This document shows positions 13,785 through 27,100 of a stretch of DNA of 64,000 bases, one piece after another. The position numbers and the translations under genes are program-made. Source of the stretch: Eledone cirrhosa (Eukaryota); assembly GCA_964016885.1 (NCBI GenBank), contig OZ024740.1:250666001-250730000 (forward strand). The letters run 5' to 3'. The first letter of the stretch is position 1, and each line of letters opens with the position of its first letter. The notes under the pieces are model-generated. The model saw only the letters and a list, made by a program, of their open reading frames with translations. It was not told the DNA's origin and did no database searches.

Positions 13785-14478
13785 AAACATCAACAATGAC
13801 ATCGATACCTGTAACAGCGTCTCAGCACCATCAGCAAGACCAGTAGCGGCAACACTAGTGGTGCCGCTGAAAAAGGGACCACTTCTTTTTCAGATGTCGC
13901 CCGAAATATCGAAACAGTGTTAGTCACAGAGAAGGAGATGGCAGTCGCAAGGGCCATGGTGACAAGAAACGCCAATAGAGTTTCCCTGAAACCTCCACCC
14001 GATTTTTTCAAGGACCAACAGCTACGGACAGTGACTTACCGCACCGTAAGCAAAATGTCACATCGGGTGGAGAGAGCCACGGAGGCTCAAATCGAAAAGG
14101 CCTTGGTGTGCGTCTGGGTGCGCAAATCCTACATCACCTGAGGCAGAAAGTATGCCACATTAGACGTACTTTTCGCCACCTCCCAAGAAGCGAAGTCTCA
14201 CTCTTTGGAAACCCTAAAGAGTGAGGAGATAGTCTTGGTGCCCTCCTACTGCGGGCAAAAATTGTGAGGGTCAAAGTGACCCAGGTCCCACCCGACGTGC
14301 CCATAACTTGGCTGACCGCGTCTGTCCTTGCTGGAATCGAGGACAGGACGACCATGCTGCAAGTAGAGAAAATAGGGAGAGAGAACTGGTCATGCAAATG
14401 CTTATACAAACTGACCAGGAATGAATCGACGCAATCCCCGATATCATAGACCTCGAGGAAGGACTCCAACTCCCTATA
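13785..14478 (+). pseudogene. Inverted ORF1 fragment of Tx1 copy C (5' inversion)
   Basis: TVTYRTVSKMSHRVERATEAQIEKAL matches ORF1 of copy A (TVTYRTVSTKSSRVERATEAQIKKAL) but lies opposite to the adjacent ORF2. Confidence 0.85.
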
Positions 14479-14479
14479 A

Positions 14480-14635
14480 GCATGGAACGAAAGTAGTAAT
14501 ATAAATAATAACTTTAACTATAGAAATAAGAGCTATAATAATAATAATAGTCATAATAATAACAATAGCAGGAGAGATGGAAATTATGATAATAATGATG
14601 GAAATATCAGGAGCAGCAACTATAACGATAGGCAG

Positions 14636-14694
<59 letters not shown>

Positions 14695-15812
14695 CCACAA
14701 CCACAAAAACAAAAACAAGAAACGTAACAATACAGGTAACAACCACAATGGTAGAAATAGCAGTAACAACAACGATAACAATGGAGAGAACAACAATTAC
14801 AATACATTTAACAACCATAACAATAATAATAATAATGTTAACAGTAGGAACAACAACAGCTATAATGACAATAATAGTAGTACACACAACTATAACGGTA
14901 TATTTAATGACAACACCTTAAAAAACCTGTTCTTCAACCCAGCTGACAAAACATGCAAGATGAACAAAATTTATCCCACTAGATTACCTTTTAATAAAAG
15001 AGTTTGTATACCACAACAAATAGATGACGAAACAGAGGCACAGTTTACCATAGCTAGAAATGAACTTAGACAGGTAGTAGAACAATACACTAAGAGACAA
15101 AACAGACCAGAAATTCAACAACTTGGAAGAAAACCTATAGAAGGCCTACTTAGCCTCAAGCAGCGGACAAGGGATGGTGAGGTAGTGTGTCTACCCACAG
15201 ATAAATCTGGTAGGGTATCAATAGACAGCATGCCGATCTACATCAAGGCTATGCAACCCCACATCATCAACAGGAGCGAAACAACACAACAAACACACGA
15301 GGAGAGAGAAAAGATCCTCAATGCTTACATGATAATTGTTTCTACCTTTTGGCACAAGGCCAGCAATTATTCCACTGTATTACTGGTACTTTATTTTATC
15401 GACCCCGTAAGGATGAAAGGCAAAGTTAACCTCGGCGGGATTTGAACTCAGTCCGTAAAGGGACGTAACTGTCAATGCTCACATGATAATGTAGACCAAC
15501 ATCCTAAAACCAAGTAGACGCACAGCCAATAACTTCCAAGGGTCTAACAACGACATACCACCCTTCTATGGGCTCCGCAAAGACCATAAAACAACCAACA
15601 ACGCGACGACAGAACCACCAACAATAGCTGTATGCGGAGCCAATATTGCTAGTAACTACAGGATCTCCTACTCCTTATACGCCCCATAATTAAGATGTCC
15701 CCAGATATATGTGACAGCACAGAGAGTCAATGAATGCAACAACAAGAAAAACATAACTAACTGCATGATAGGCAATATGGATGTAGTATCTCTGTACCCA
15801 TCCATAACATTG
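14480..15812 (+). pseudogene. Decayed Penelope-like ORF: Asn-rich region plus N-terminal half of RT, interrupted by a SINE
   Basis: VVCLPTDKSGR, PPFYGLRKDHK and IGNMDVVSLYPSI are PLE RT motifs. (AAC)n at ~14636-14693. Confidence 0.75.
15337..15471 (-). mobile_element. 5'-truncated tRNA-derived SINE with a 19-bp TSD
   Basis: B-box GAGTTCAAATCCC. TSD TCAATGCT(T/C)ACATGATAAT at 15318-15336 and 15472-15490. Confidence 0.85.
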
Positions 15813-15995
15813 ATTTTGCTGTGGAAATATATATATATATATAAGAAGATCCCGTTAAGGGTGAAAGCAGCGATTCTTTGCTTAAACTTTAATCTGTCAT
15901 TTTAATAAATATTTGCTCTACAGTTCTTATATATTTGATATATATTTATCCTTATCGAGCCCTCTTTGGATTTTAGTCTTCACATTTATTATTAT

Positions 15996-16037
<42 letters not shown>

Positions 16038-16282
16038 GTATAGTGGTAGCTATGGTGCTTCCGTACTCGATATTCATCAGAGTAGAGTGTAGGAATTATC
16101 AAAAAAACGAAAAATTAGTGATGTATCTGGACTTAGTTTATTTCGTGTTACAAATGTTTCGCCGGCATGTACCTCGAGTCATGGTCCTTGTATGGATCTG
16201 GCTGATTCTACTTCTGCGGGTTCTTTCAGACGCGTCTGTTATGTCCGGAGCAAATGTTATCACATATATATATATATAACAA

Positions 16283-17462
16283 TAGCCCCACATTATACCC
16301 TAACGGATTGTACGCGGATATTTTACGTGTTGATGTGGTAGTTAAGTATATGTTATGTTTATACCATTACTTATTTGTATGGGTAAGTATATATTACCTG
16401 TATGTTTTGTGAAGGTACGTATACTTTCTTGTACGTATATTTGCTTCTATATGTTATATATACTGGTACATGTGCATTTGGTTGTATATGCGTGAGTTTT
16501 GCGTCTGTGTGAGTATGCGGGTCCGTACGTATGTAGAGTGTGTGTATATGTGTACTTTGTGTTTTGGTTGACGTACGTCCGTGAACATATGTGTATTTAC
16601 ATGTAGGTATGTGTGTGCGCGCGTTATATACGAATTTATGTGTGTATATTTATATACGTTTATTTAATTATGTATACACGCACACACACACACATATATA
16701 TATATATTTTAAAAATATATAATCTAATGTGTATTTGGTGTATACGTTGCGTGGATTCTGTATGTGCGTGCGGGTTTTTTTGTGTACGTGCTTGTATTTG
16801 CATACCCATGGCGAGTGTTTTCGCGTATGCTTGTGTATGTATATGGATGCGTGTATGTATATATTTAATTTCAATTACCTCTGTATTTTATTTACTTTAT
16901 TCTTAACTCTGAAGCCGAGAATCATTCGGTTTCCTAAATAGAATTTTAGTCTACGACTTCAGTTATACCATTTACGTGGTTTTGTATTTGCGTGTAATTG
17001 TTCTCACCGCTCCACATAATGACGTATTATCTTCGTTTTTTTTTTCGTTCATTGCCAGAGAACGGCTCCACGAACCACCTAATAGAATATTAGTCTACGA
17101 CTTCATTTATACCATAAACGTGGTTTTGTCTTTGTGTGTAATTGTTTTCACCGGACCAAATAATGACGTATTATCTTCGTTTTTTTCCTGTTCTTTGTCA
17201 GGTAACATTTCCACGAACCAAAGTATCGTCTTCCTGTCTTCCTCCGGTTGCAACGTTTTTCGAAATATTTACTTCTGCGTTCACATATTGACTTTTTTAG
17301 TTTCAGAAGATCCCGTTAAGGGTGAAAGCAGCGATTCTTTGCTTAAACTTTAATCTGTTATTTTAATAAATTTTTGCTCTCCGGTTCTTATATATCTGAT
17401 ACATATTTATCCTTATCGAGCCCTCTTTGGATTTTAGTCTTCAAATTTATTATTATTACTAT
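16283..17462 (+). mobile_element. Penelope-like 3' UTR/pLTR copy between (TA)n tracts
   Basis: Colinear with 792-1803. Carries the complete variant hammerhead. Confidence 0.85.
17299..17349 (+). ncRNA. Type I hammerhead-like motif with variant core CAGAAGA (U4A) and CUU site
   Basis: AGTTT-CAGAAGA-tCCC(GTTAA)GGGt-GAAA-GCA(GCGATTCTT)TGC-TT-AAACT. All three stems pair. Confidence 0.7.
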
Positions 17463-17964
<502 letters not shown>

Positions 17965-18112
17965 TAGAAATACTTCTTTCATTGTAAAGGACTGCCTGAG
18001 TTTTGAACTCATTATTAATAGTATATATATATATATATATATGATATGATATGTTGATTTAAAACTGCACTATCCACAAGTGTTTTTTAACCTTCATATC
18101 ATGTCCTCCTAT

Positions 18113-18177
18113 TTTATCTGATGAAGACACAAATGTTATTGCATGATGATATTTGTTTTTGAAATGCGCATAATAAA
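18113..18177 (+). ncRNA. Type I hammerhead ribozyme with long stem II
   Basis: TTTAT-CTGATGA-(36-nt hairpin AGACACAAATGTTATT gcat GATGATATTTGTTTTT)-GAAA-TGCGCA-TA-ATAAA. Palindromic stem III ATGCGCAT, AUA site ending at 18172. Confidence 0.85.
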
Positions 18178-18209
18178 TACATGGAACTCATTTAACCATC
18201 TTTTGATCT

Positions 18210-18309
<100 letters not shown>

Positions 18310-18338
18310 GTATATATGTAAAAGCAAACACACACACA

Positions 18339-18465
<127 letters not shown>

Positions 18466-18481
18466 TAAAATAACAGATTAA

Positions 18482-18532
18482 AGTTTAAGCAAAGAATCGC
18501 TGCTTTCACCCTTAACGGGATCTTCTGAAACT
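18482..18532 (-). ncRNA. Second complete copy of the CAGAAGA variant hammerhead, within a pLTR fragment (18465-18760)
   Basis: Reverse complement is identical to 17299-17349. Confidence 0.7.
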
Positions 18533-19657
18533 AACAAAGTCAATCTGTGAACGCAGAAGTGAATATTTCAAAAAACGTTGCAACCCGAGGAAGTCAGGAA
18601 GACGATACTTTGGTTCGTGGAAACGTTCCCTGGCAAAGAACGGGAAAAAACGAATATAATACGTCATTTGCTCTACGATTCTTATATATTTGATATATAT
18701 TTATCCTTATCGAGCCCTCTTTGGATTTTAGTCTTCAAATTTTTATTATTACTATACATATATATATATATAAAATTACAAAATATGAGGAAATAATAGA
18801 CAAAAATATACCTATTTTTTTCTTCAAAATCCGACTAGAGTTTCGCCGATCCGTGTGCAAAGTTTCCTGCACTTTAAAAGTGCATCATCGCTGTGAGTTT
18901 GATACGGCTTATCAAGAGATCCCTCAGAAAAAGGACTGTTTCTTGACGTGTTCATAGTAAGTGAGAAAATCTCTAGAGGCGGAGGGGGGAATTAACATGT
19001 GATACAGTGGTAAAAAAAAGGACTGTTTCTTTCGTAGCAAGTGAAAATATCTCGAGGCGTGGAGGGAGAAATTAACACATGATACAGTGGTCACAGAAGG
19101 GTAGTAAGGTGGACAGTGAGCGAATAACGTTTTTGCTAGAAAAAGCAGTTAGTACACTCCAGGGTTATCTCGACCATAAGGGAGTTTGGGGCAATATGAT
19201 AATGAAATACACACACATATTCATATGTATATGTGTGTGTGTGGTGTCCGCCTTAACAAATTTTGCTCGATGGCCGAAAGACCTAAAGCAATCAAAATAA
19301 TTAAATTAAGTCGATAATCAGAGGTATTTATCAAATTATTAAATATGAGCAAATAATAGGCAAAAATATACTTATTTTTTCCTCAAAGTCCCAACTACAG
19401 TTTCGCCGAGTCGTGAGTAACATTTTTCTCTGCACCATCACTGTGACGTTGATATGTATATATTTGCTCCAGCATGCATTTGGCGATTTGGACACTGGTG
19501 TCAGATTTGGTTTTCATACGTCGGGTGGGCTATATGTGTATATGTTCCGAAGAGATTGTTTTGGTAAAAACAGGAGCAAGCAGGAGAAAGCTCTCAACAT
19601 TCGTAGTTTTTAGTTACGATGGAGATTTTTTATTAAAAAAATAACAAAAATGATAAT

Positions 19658-20018
19658 TGTTTCTACTTTTGGCACAAGGCCAGCAATTAAATCAGTGCAT
19701 TACTGGTACTTTATTTTATTGACCCAGCAAGGATGAAAGGCAAAGTTAACTTCGGCGGGAATTGAACTCAGATTGTAAAGGCCCGTAACTCCATGCTGCA
19801 AAGCATGGCGCCCGACCCTCTAACGAAATAACAAAAATAATAATTGTTTCTATTTAGGCACAAGGCCAGCAATTACCCAGTGCATTACTGGTTCTTTATT
19901 TTATCGACCCCGTAAGGATGAAAGGCAAAGTTAACCTTGGCGGGATTTGAACTCAGAATGGAAAGGGCCGTAACTTTATGCGTCAAAGCATGGCATCAGA
20001 CCCTCTACCGATACTGCA
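19658..20018 (-). mobile_element. Two tandem tRNA-derived SINEs
   Basis: Each has a B-box, the CTTTGCCTTTCATCCTT core and the CCTTGTGCC...AGAAACAATT tail. The left copy is bounded by AAATAACAAAAAT(G/A)ATAAT at 19639-19657 and 19826-19844. Confidence 0.88.
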
Positions 20019-20949
20019 ATGTTGATGTTACACAAATCGTTTAATCATTATAATTATTTCCACGGTTCTCCATGCAATCGAGAAGTCTTTCATGCATTTG
20101 TTGTTGTTATGAGAACGGTATCCTCAGATGAAATTCGATTTAATGATAAGCTGCCGGCAGGAAAAGATACACGTCCTTCTGATCGTGTGTCCAGTAGACA
20201 TATGAGTTCCTGAAAGGGTCTCCCAGCCGTCGTGTTTTCTGCAGTAAGGTGTTATCAACGTATAGATTAGTGAAATCAGGATTCAAGAAACCCCCCACGG
20301 AGTTGAAGTTGTAAATCAGCAGAGAAGTAACCTGTGTTGATCTGTATCAAACGAAAAACTATGCGTAGCCTGAGCCCAGTAGATAGTGGAAGCAATAAAT
20401 GGAACTGTGAGGGAGGGTGGGATATATATTTTGTTGACAGCCACATTCAAGACAACAACAACAACAAATACCGACCAGCATCGCCTACACTAGTCGCAAC
20501 AGTCGTAGTGATAGTGCTACCCTGCTGACAACAACAACGATAACAACAGCTACAGTAAACAGCTACAACAATAACAACAGACACAGCAATAAACGGAAAA
20601 AGGTAGGTATACACAGACTTGATTGCATCTTTCCCCATGACCACAGCAACAACAACAATAGTAACAGCAACAACAGTAACATCGCCCATAACCTACACTG
20701 GTCACCGCAGTAGTGGTGGTATCAGTGATATTAATACCCAGTTAATGGCAGCGAGTAACACCAACAACACCAGACAGCGATAACACCACCAATAACAACA
20801 CCAGTAATGAACCCACCACGGCGACAACGGCAACAAAAAGGCCTAGTGGTGCGGGTCGCTGAAAACAAATTCTTACATTAATAACATAATAATCATGACA
20901 ATCCTCGCTTCCACCCTAAGGCACAAGGCCAGCAATATTCAGTGTAGAA

Positions 20950-22715
20950 AATAACCAAAATAGCAGTCAGTTGTAACTACAAAGGTATTAATACTATCAA
21001 AAAAGGGCTGCTAGACTTTGGAAGTGAGCTGTGGGAAGCGAAAATAGGAACAGAAAAACATATAGATATAAATTCAGGTACACATATAGGAACATAAGAA
21101 CAAACGGAACAAAGATTATACATAAATACAACAGTAGGTATGCATACGGAGAACAAAGAACCAAGGGATATAAAACACGGACTCTCAAAGATTCCAAGCG
21201 TGCATACAAGCATCCAGTGTTCGCCTGACGCTGGGGTCGTTGTGTGGCCACGTCCGGCTCCCACGGTCAAGCTTTGCACTGGCCCTCGACCAGTACAACT
21301 ATGTTGTTAATCCGTACAGTCTGAGGAAGGTTCCAGTTGATCTGCGGTGGCAGGTGCTGAACAGGTTACTCCTTTTATTGATAATCCGTGTTCCCCTCTC
21401 GATTATCTGCATAATCTCGGTGAGACATAGATTGCATGAGTCATGCCCACCTCCTCTGTAGGGTTGGGCTGAGGCAACCTTGGACCACGACAAAGTGTAT
21501 CCCATGTTGACATGCTTGAGACACCACACCAGTTCGGAGAGGGCGGTGCTGTTTTTCTTATCCACTCTCCTAAATGTCTGGCAATGATTGTACCAGCGTT
21601 CCTTAAATTTATTAGCCGTAACTGCAATATAGGCGAAGGTTTGGTTATTGGCACTCACCCTACATTCATAGCTGCAGATTCCTTGGTCGTTCACGGTTCA
21701 TAATGTTACCATCGGAGGAAGAGGCATTTGTGTTGCGCTGACCCCCGCTCCGGAGTCGCGGACATTTTTTAATCTACTCCGGCTTAAGATTTCTATGTTT
21801 TGCGCTAGATTTCTAGTTGTGGAGTAGGACAATTAAATTGTGTGCCTGTTGAAAATGGCGTGGTACCTGTGCTGTTTAGGGAAGTGCTTATCCAAGGCCC
21901 CGAAGAAAGAGGCTGCGAGGTTGCTGCGTAAACCGGTGCAGAAGGGGAGGGAGTTAAAACATATGACATTGCGGGAACAGGTTTGCTTCCTGTTCTAGTC
22001 CCCAGTCCCTCCACCCGTTCCGTCCGAGTACGCGCTACGCAGTTGCTGTGGGCGCAGTTGCCGTTGGGTTGGACATGCCGATCGGAGCACCTCGGGCTGT
22101 GTGGTCCCCGTTCGCAGCGAGGGAGGCGGTTCGTACTGTCCACGCACACCCCTGGGCCCACACATGTCGCACGCGGCTCCACCTCGTTTTCCATTGTAGG
22201 CAAAGTCCGGTCCCTGCTTAATAAGCTTTGATTCACAGTTCCTCTAGGATTAGTTTGCAGTGTGGCTCCAGGGGTGAATATTACACTCCGAGCCGGATTA
22301 GCCCCGCTGTTGGTTCCTTCCGATGTGTTACTGTCAGCAGTTACGCTATTCATTCGATTGGTATATACTTAATTTTCACTTGTAACCTGCACTATTTAGG
22401 GCATTATGATACGTTGCACTTGTAACCTGCACTATTTAGGTACTTGTAACCTGCACTATTATGATACGTTCACTTGTAACCTGCACTATTTAGGGCATTA
22501 TTCTACGTTGTTGAAGGTTTCCTGGTTAGCTGACATATGATATCCTACGGGATACGCTATTCACTATGGCTCTCTTGACAGACCCGGGATGGTTGGAATT
22601 AGCATTTACGTACTTGAGGCACTCGTTCGGCTTGTGGTACGGGTAGTAGAGGCCGGATTCTACATTGAGGGTAACGTCCAGGAAGTTAACTATCTTTCTA
22701 TTATCGTCTATGTCG
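20950..22715 (-). mobile_element. Second Penelope-like element: RT thumb (22526-22715), long Ser/Thr/Pro-rich linker, GIY-YIG (21299-21665) and 3' UTR
   Basis: IVNFLDVTLN...YPYHKPN...YVNANSNHP, then AYIAVTANKFKERWYNH...STALSELVW...CNLCLTE...INKRSNLFSTCHR. Confidence 0.85.
22377..22503. repeat. Local tandem duplications of CACTTGTAACCTGCACTATT
   Basis: Four copies are directly visible. Confidence 0.85.
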
Positions 22716-22730
22716 ATGCTGATGCACACG

Positions 22731-22952
22731 TACACACACACATATATACATATACATATGTACGTGTGGGTTATAATGACTCAGAAACATGTTGATTGTT
22801 CCTCAAAGCAAGTGTTGAACAAACAGGTGACGATCGGTCACCGGCACGACACAGCTTCAAATCGGGCCGTTTATTTACAATCGAATCGGACATTGTTATT
22901 AATGTTCGATATAACCCACACGTACATATGTATATGTATATATGTGTGTGTA
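22731..22952 (+). repeat. Second copy of the structured-core element with inverted arms
   Basis: 22731-22775 is the reverse complement of 22910-22952. The core is homologous to 2760-2870. Confidence 0.7.
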
Positions 22953-23214
22953 TGTGTATATAAATATGCGTATATATATATATATGTGTGTGTGTGTACG
23001 TGTGCATACTTACATCTATGTATCAGCTGTGCTAGGGCGAGAAATAAAATTCTAATTTTATTTATATATATATATATATTAAAATAACATTAAACTTTAA
23101 TCTGTTATTTTACTAAATATTTGCTCTATGGTTTTATATATTTTTATATATATATTATCCTTATCGAGCCCTCTTCGGATTTTAGTCTTCACATTTATTA
23201 TTATTACTATATAT

Positions 23215-26200
23215 CAAGACTTTTAAAGGGGTTCCCAAAAGAAACACCACCAACCATGGAGGTCGAACCATCCGACCTTCACAAGATCCCGGGAGGTAAG
23301 TAAACCTTCCCTCTCTCTTTTAGCTCGCCAACATGGCCATATTAAGAGTAGGGAGTTTAAATTTTCGCGGCCTGGGGTCACCCTGGAAGCAGGGTCGCCT
23401 GCTCAACGACCTCAGGTCTCTGGAAATGTATGTGATTGCCGTCAGCGAGACCAGGATTTCCGACACGCGCGCACTAGCCCCCATTTTCGAGGACTATCAG
23501 ATCTTCGCATCTATTAGCAGGACGGGAATGAAAGGTGGGGTGGCAGTGCTGTTTAGGAAAGGTCTGGATCTCAAGGTAAGGTCGATCTTCCGGGACCCGG
23601 ACAGAAAGTTGGTGGTCCTGGATGTGAGCAGTAGCGAAGGTGGTGCCTTTAGACTGCTGGCATGTCTACGCCCCTACTGGGGCCGGACGACCGGACTTCT
23701 TTAGGCGCCTGGAAACCTTTCTGAGTACGTCTCGCCCTCTACTGTTAGCGGGGGACTGGAACGGAATCTTAGACGCACGCTGGGATTGTGTGGGAGTAGC
23801 TGATAGGAGCGGGGGAAGGGGTTGCAAAAGCCTCAAACACCTAATCAGCCAGTTCCAACTGTCTGACAGATATAGACTAGATTTCCCCAATGCGCCAGTG
23901 TGGACGTGGACCAACCGCATAGGGTCATCTAGATCGTATATAGACAGCATCTTCATCAGGAAAATAGACAGAAATAGTGTAGGCTGCCCACTTTTTAAAA
24001 CGGTCGCCTATTCAGATCACAAATTTGTGATCTGTTTAGTCAACCTAGAAAAAACGCGTAGGTTGGGACCGGGTTACTGGAAGCTGAACATGTCATTCTG
24101 AACATGTCATTTCCGGCTTACAGGGACCGAGTCAACAATTTAGTTAAGCAAAAGTTGACAGGGGGGATCATCAACAACAGATGGTGGGGGGCTCTCAAAA
24201 GAGAGATTAGAGTAACTTGGATAGAGTTCAGCAAAGAACTAGCGTTAGAGAAAAATAGAAAGGAGGGGGAGCTGGTAGATAAGTTAGACGAGGCTATTTG
24301 TAGTGGCATTGCTGAGAAACGAGAGAACCAAAGCTGTTCGATGGGCCCGCGTGGTGGAGGCGCAGCGTGGTAATAAATCCCCAATTCGGTCTTTGGCGGA
24401 CCGAGACGGACACAAGATAAGCGATTCCAAGCGGATGTGTGAGGCCTTTCGCCAGAACTTTGCTCGATTGTTCGGGGAGAGTGACGAATCAGAGAGAGTA
24501 GCGGATTTCAGTCCCTACCTTGACGGCTTGCCGCGCATCTCTACGGTCAACGCTAAGCGCAGCGAAAGGCCGATTACTTCAGCCGAAATTCAGGATGCCC
24601 TTGTCGGCTGCATGAGGCGCAAGTCACCCGGTTTGGATGGCCTGCCCTACGAGCTTTACGTAAATATGCAAGACCTGTTCTCCGAACTCCTCGAAGCACT
24701 CTACTACAACTGGCAGCAGAATGGGAGTATTCCCAGTTCTGTGAGCAGGGGAGTGGTGACGCTGATAAGGAAAGACGAGAACAAGAGGGATACATTAGAC
24801 AACTTCAGGCCCATAACTCTGCTCAACACAGAGGTTAAGGTTTTGGCCAAGGTCTTAGCAAAGAGATTGGCGCTTGTCATCGAGGATTTGGTTAGGGAGG
24901 CGCAAACTTGTGCAATCCCAGCCAGGTCCATACACAACATATTTCCACCTCATGCGATACATCACAGAGAGGGTAGGGTGTAAATCTGGCTTCGGTGGGG
25001 CACTGATCAATGTAGATCAATCGAAAGCATTCGATAGGGTTGACCATTGGTATCTGGAGGCTGTCTTCAAAGCAGCTGGCTTCGGCCCTGTCTTCAGAAG
25101 CTGGATCGCTGCAATGCACAGCGGCACACGCTCGGTGGTCAAGGTTAATGGCCACCTCTCGGAACCATTTCGGCTCTCCCGATCGGTCCGTCAAGGGTGC
25201 CCTCACTCTTCCCTTCTGAACGTATTGACTCTCGAGCCTGCGGAAGCTGGAGCTGTTGCAGGGCATCCCGCTCGAACCGGGACGTGGAAAGGCGGTGTCG
25301 GCTTATGCGGACGACATCATCGTGATGGTGTCGAACACCTCAGAAATCGAGGTGGTCGGCACCTTATTGAAGGAATATGAAAGGTTGACAGGAGCCAAAC
25401 TTAAGCCGGAAAAGTCGGTGGGCTTGCAGCTCGGAACCTGGAGAGGCAAGCCCATACCGTCCAATAGCGTCGTGGGGCGCTGGACGGACGGACCGGTAAA
25501 GTTTCTCGGGGTTTGGTTCGGACCAGACTTCTAGGTGGAAAAGAATTGGGACGAGGTAACGAGCAGTGTAGCCAGTCTCACCCGAAAAATGAGCTGGGAG
25601 GAAGCTATCACTGAAAGGTCGCGCGGAGGTGGCGAATGTGTACATCGCGTCCGTCATCTACTACCGCCTGACTGTCGTGCCTTTCCCCCGCCCGCGCCTC
25701 GTCAAGTTGGAACGGCTCCTCTTCAAATTCTTGTGGAAAGGACAAGTTCCGTTGGTAAGGCCGTCCATCTGCTGCCAGCACCCTCTACGCGGAGGGCTGG
25801 GCATGCCGTGGCTAATGATGCGCAGACATGCGCTGAGGCTGCGATATCTCCAGATATTCTGCCTAAACGGTGAACAGGTGTGGTCGCCGTTTATCAGACG
25901 TGCCTTTCCGCAGCTCGTTTCTTTAACTGAGCTGCAGTCCTGGGTAAAGAAGAGACCGAGACTGGGTGACTGGCACCTGGAATTTTGCCAGGCACTCAAT
26001 GCCCTCTACCAAGCGGGCAATGCGATCACTGGAACTTCCACTCTCGAGTCCTATAGAGGATTAGTGGTGGGCCTTGACGAAGTCGAACTGACCAGTCTGT
26101 ACCGGAGGACTTTCGAGCCGGGGACGATGGACAATTTCCAGAAATCCCTCGCTTGGCAGTGCTACCGGGGGGCACTGCCGGTTCGGGATAAACTCTACAG

Positions 26201-26971
26201 GAACGGAAGTGCTATCAGACAGACCTGCCCAAGATGCGCACAGAGCGACGAAACCGTTCTGCATGCACTTGTCCAATGTCCGTGCATTACTGACTTGTGG
26301 AGTTATGTCGAACAGCTACTGTCGCGTGTGGAACGGATCCGGCTATCGGCCGAGTCCATAGTAAAGATCGACCCGCCGCTTTCCTTAGGTCAGGAAGAGC
26401 AGGAAATTTTCCTCTGTCTGGTGGCCGTTGCGAAAAAGAGGTTATATGGTGGACCAGATTAAAAGGACTGAAGACAGACACTTTTCTCTTCGGCCAATCC
26501 CTCATCAACTTCTTCAAGTTTCACCTGGAAAGGAAGGTGAGGGTGAAGAGAGAAGTGTTGCCCCCCAGTACATTTGCTAAAAGGTGGATGAATGTGGCTA
26601 TAATGGCCGGTGTGAATGGGCCTACTCTGACCATGCGCCGATAGGCTAGCTAACTTGAGGAGACGGGTGCTCTCCCTGGGTGCCCTAGAAGCGCAGGGTG
26701 GTTCAGGATTGGTGGGGTACCCGAGTCACCCCTGGGCCGTCCACCCCTATAGGGGAATTTATTTTGTTATATTTATGCATAGTTTATTTTATATTTTTAT
26801 ATCTCCATTGTTAAATTAGTCTTGCCATTGTGCACTTTTACTCGACCTTATTCTAAACCCCCCACTGTCCCTGTCTTTGTATTGTCCCCTACATGTCGGC
26901 CCTTGTGGCGATAAAATAAAGTACCAGTAATGTACTGGATAATTGCTGGCCTTGTGCCTAAAGTAGAAACA
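23215..26971 (+). mobile_element. Tx1-like copy D (5'-truncated, ORF2 ATG 23333, decayed), ending in a SINE 3' tail
   Basis: APE, RT (AYADD) and CPRC..H..C fragments. 18-bp TSD ATTATTATTACTATATAT at 23197-23214 and 26972-26989. Confidence 0.92.
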
Positions 26972-27100
26972 ATTATTATTACTATATATATATCAGGGGC
27001 GATGGAAGATTTTCTGAACTGCCCGGCCAAATTTGGTCAATTTTGTTGTAAGTGTAGCTGTATTTACCAAATATCAACCAAGATATAAAAAAAACTTTGA

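Noticed and set aside
16040-16090. Minus-strand CTGATGA...GGAA motif
   Set aside because: GAAA is altered and there is no stem I pairing.
19255-19300. Small hairpin TTGCT-CGATGGCCGAAAGACCTAA-AGCAA
   Set aside because: Single copy in the window, with no match to a ribozyme core I can support.
20050-20860. Possible decayed RT and low-complexity ORF fragments
   Set aside because: Only weak motif hints, too degraded to call by eye.
22377-22503. CRISPR-like short repeats
   Set aside because: No unique spacers, eukaryotic context and no cas genes. These are simple tandem duplications.
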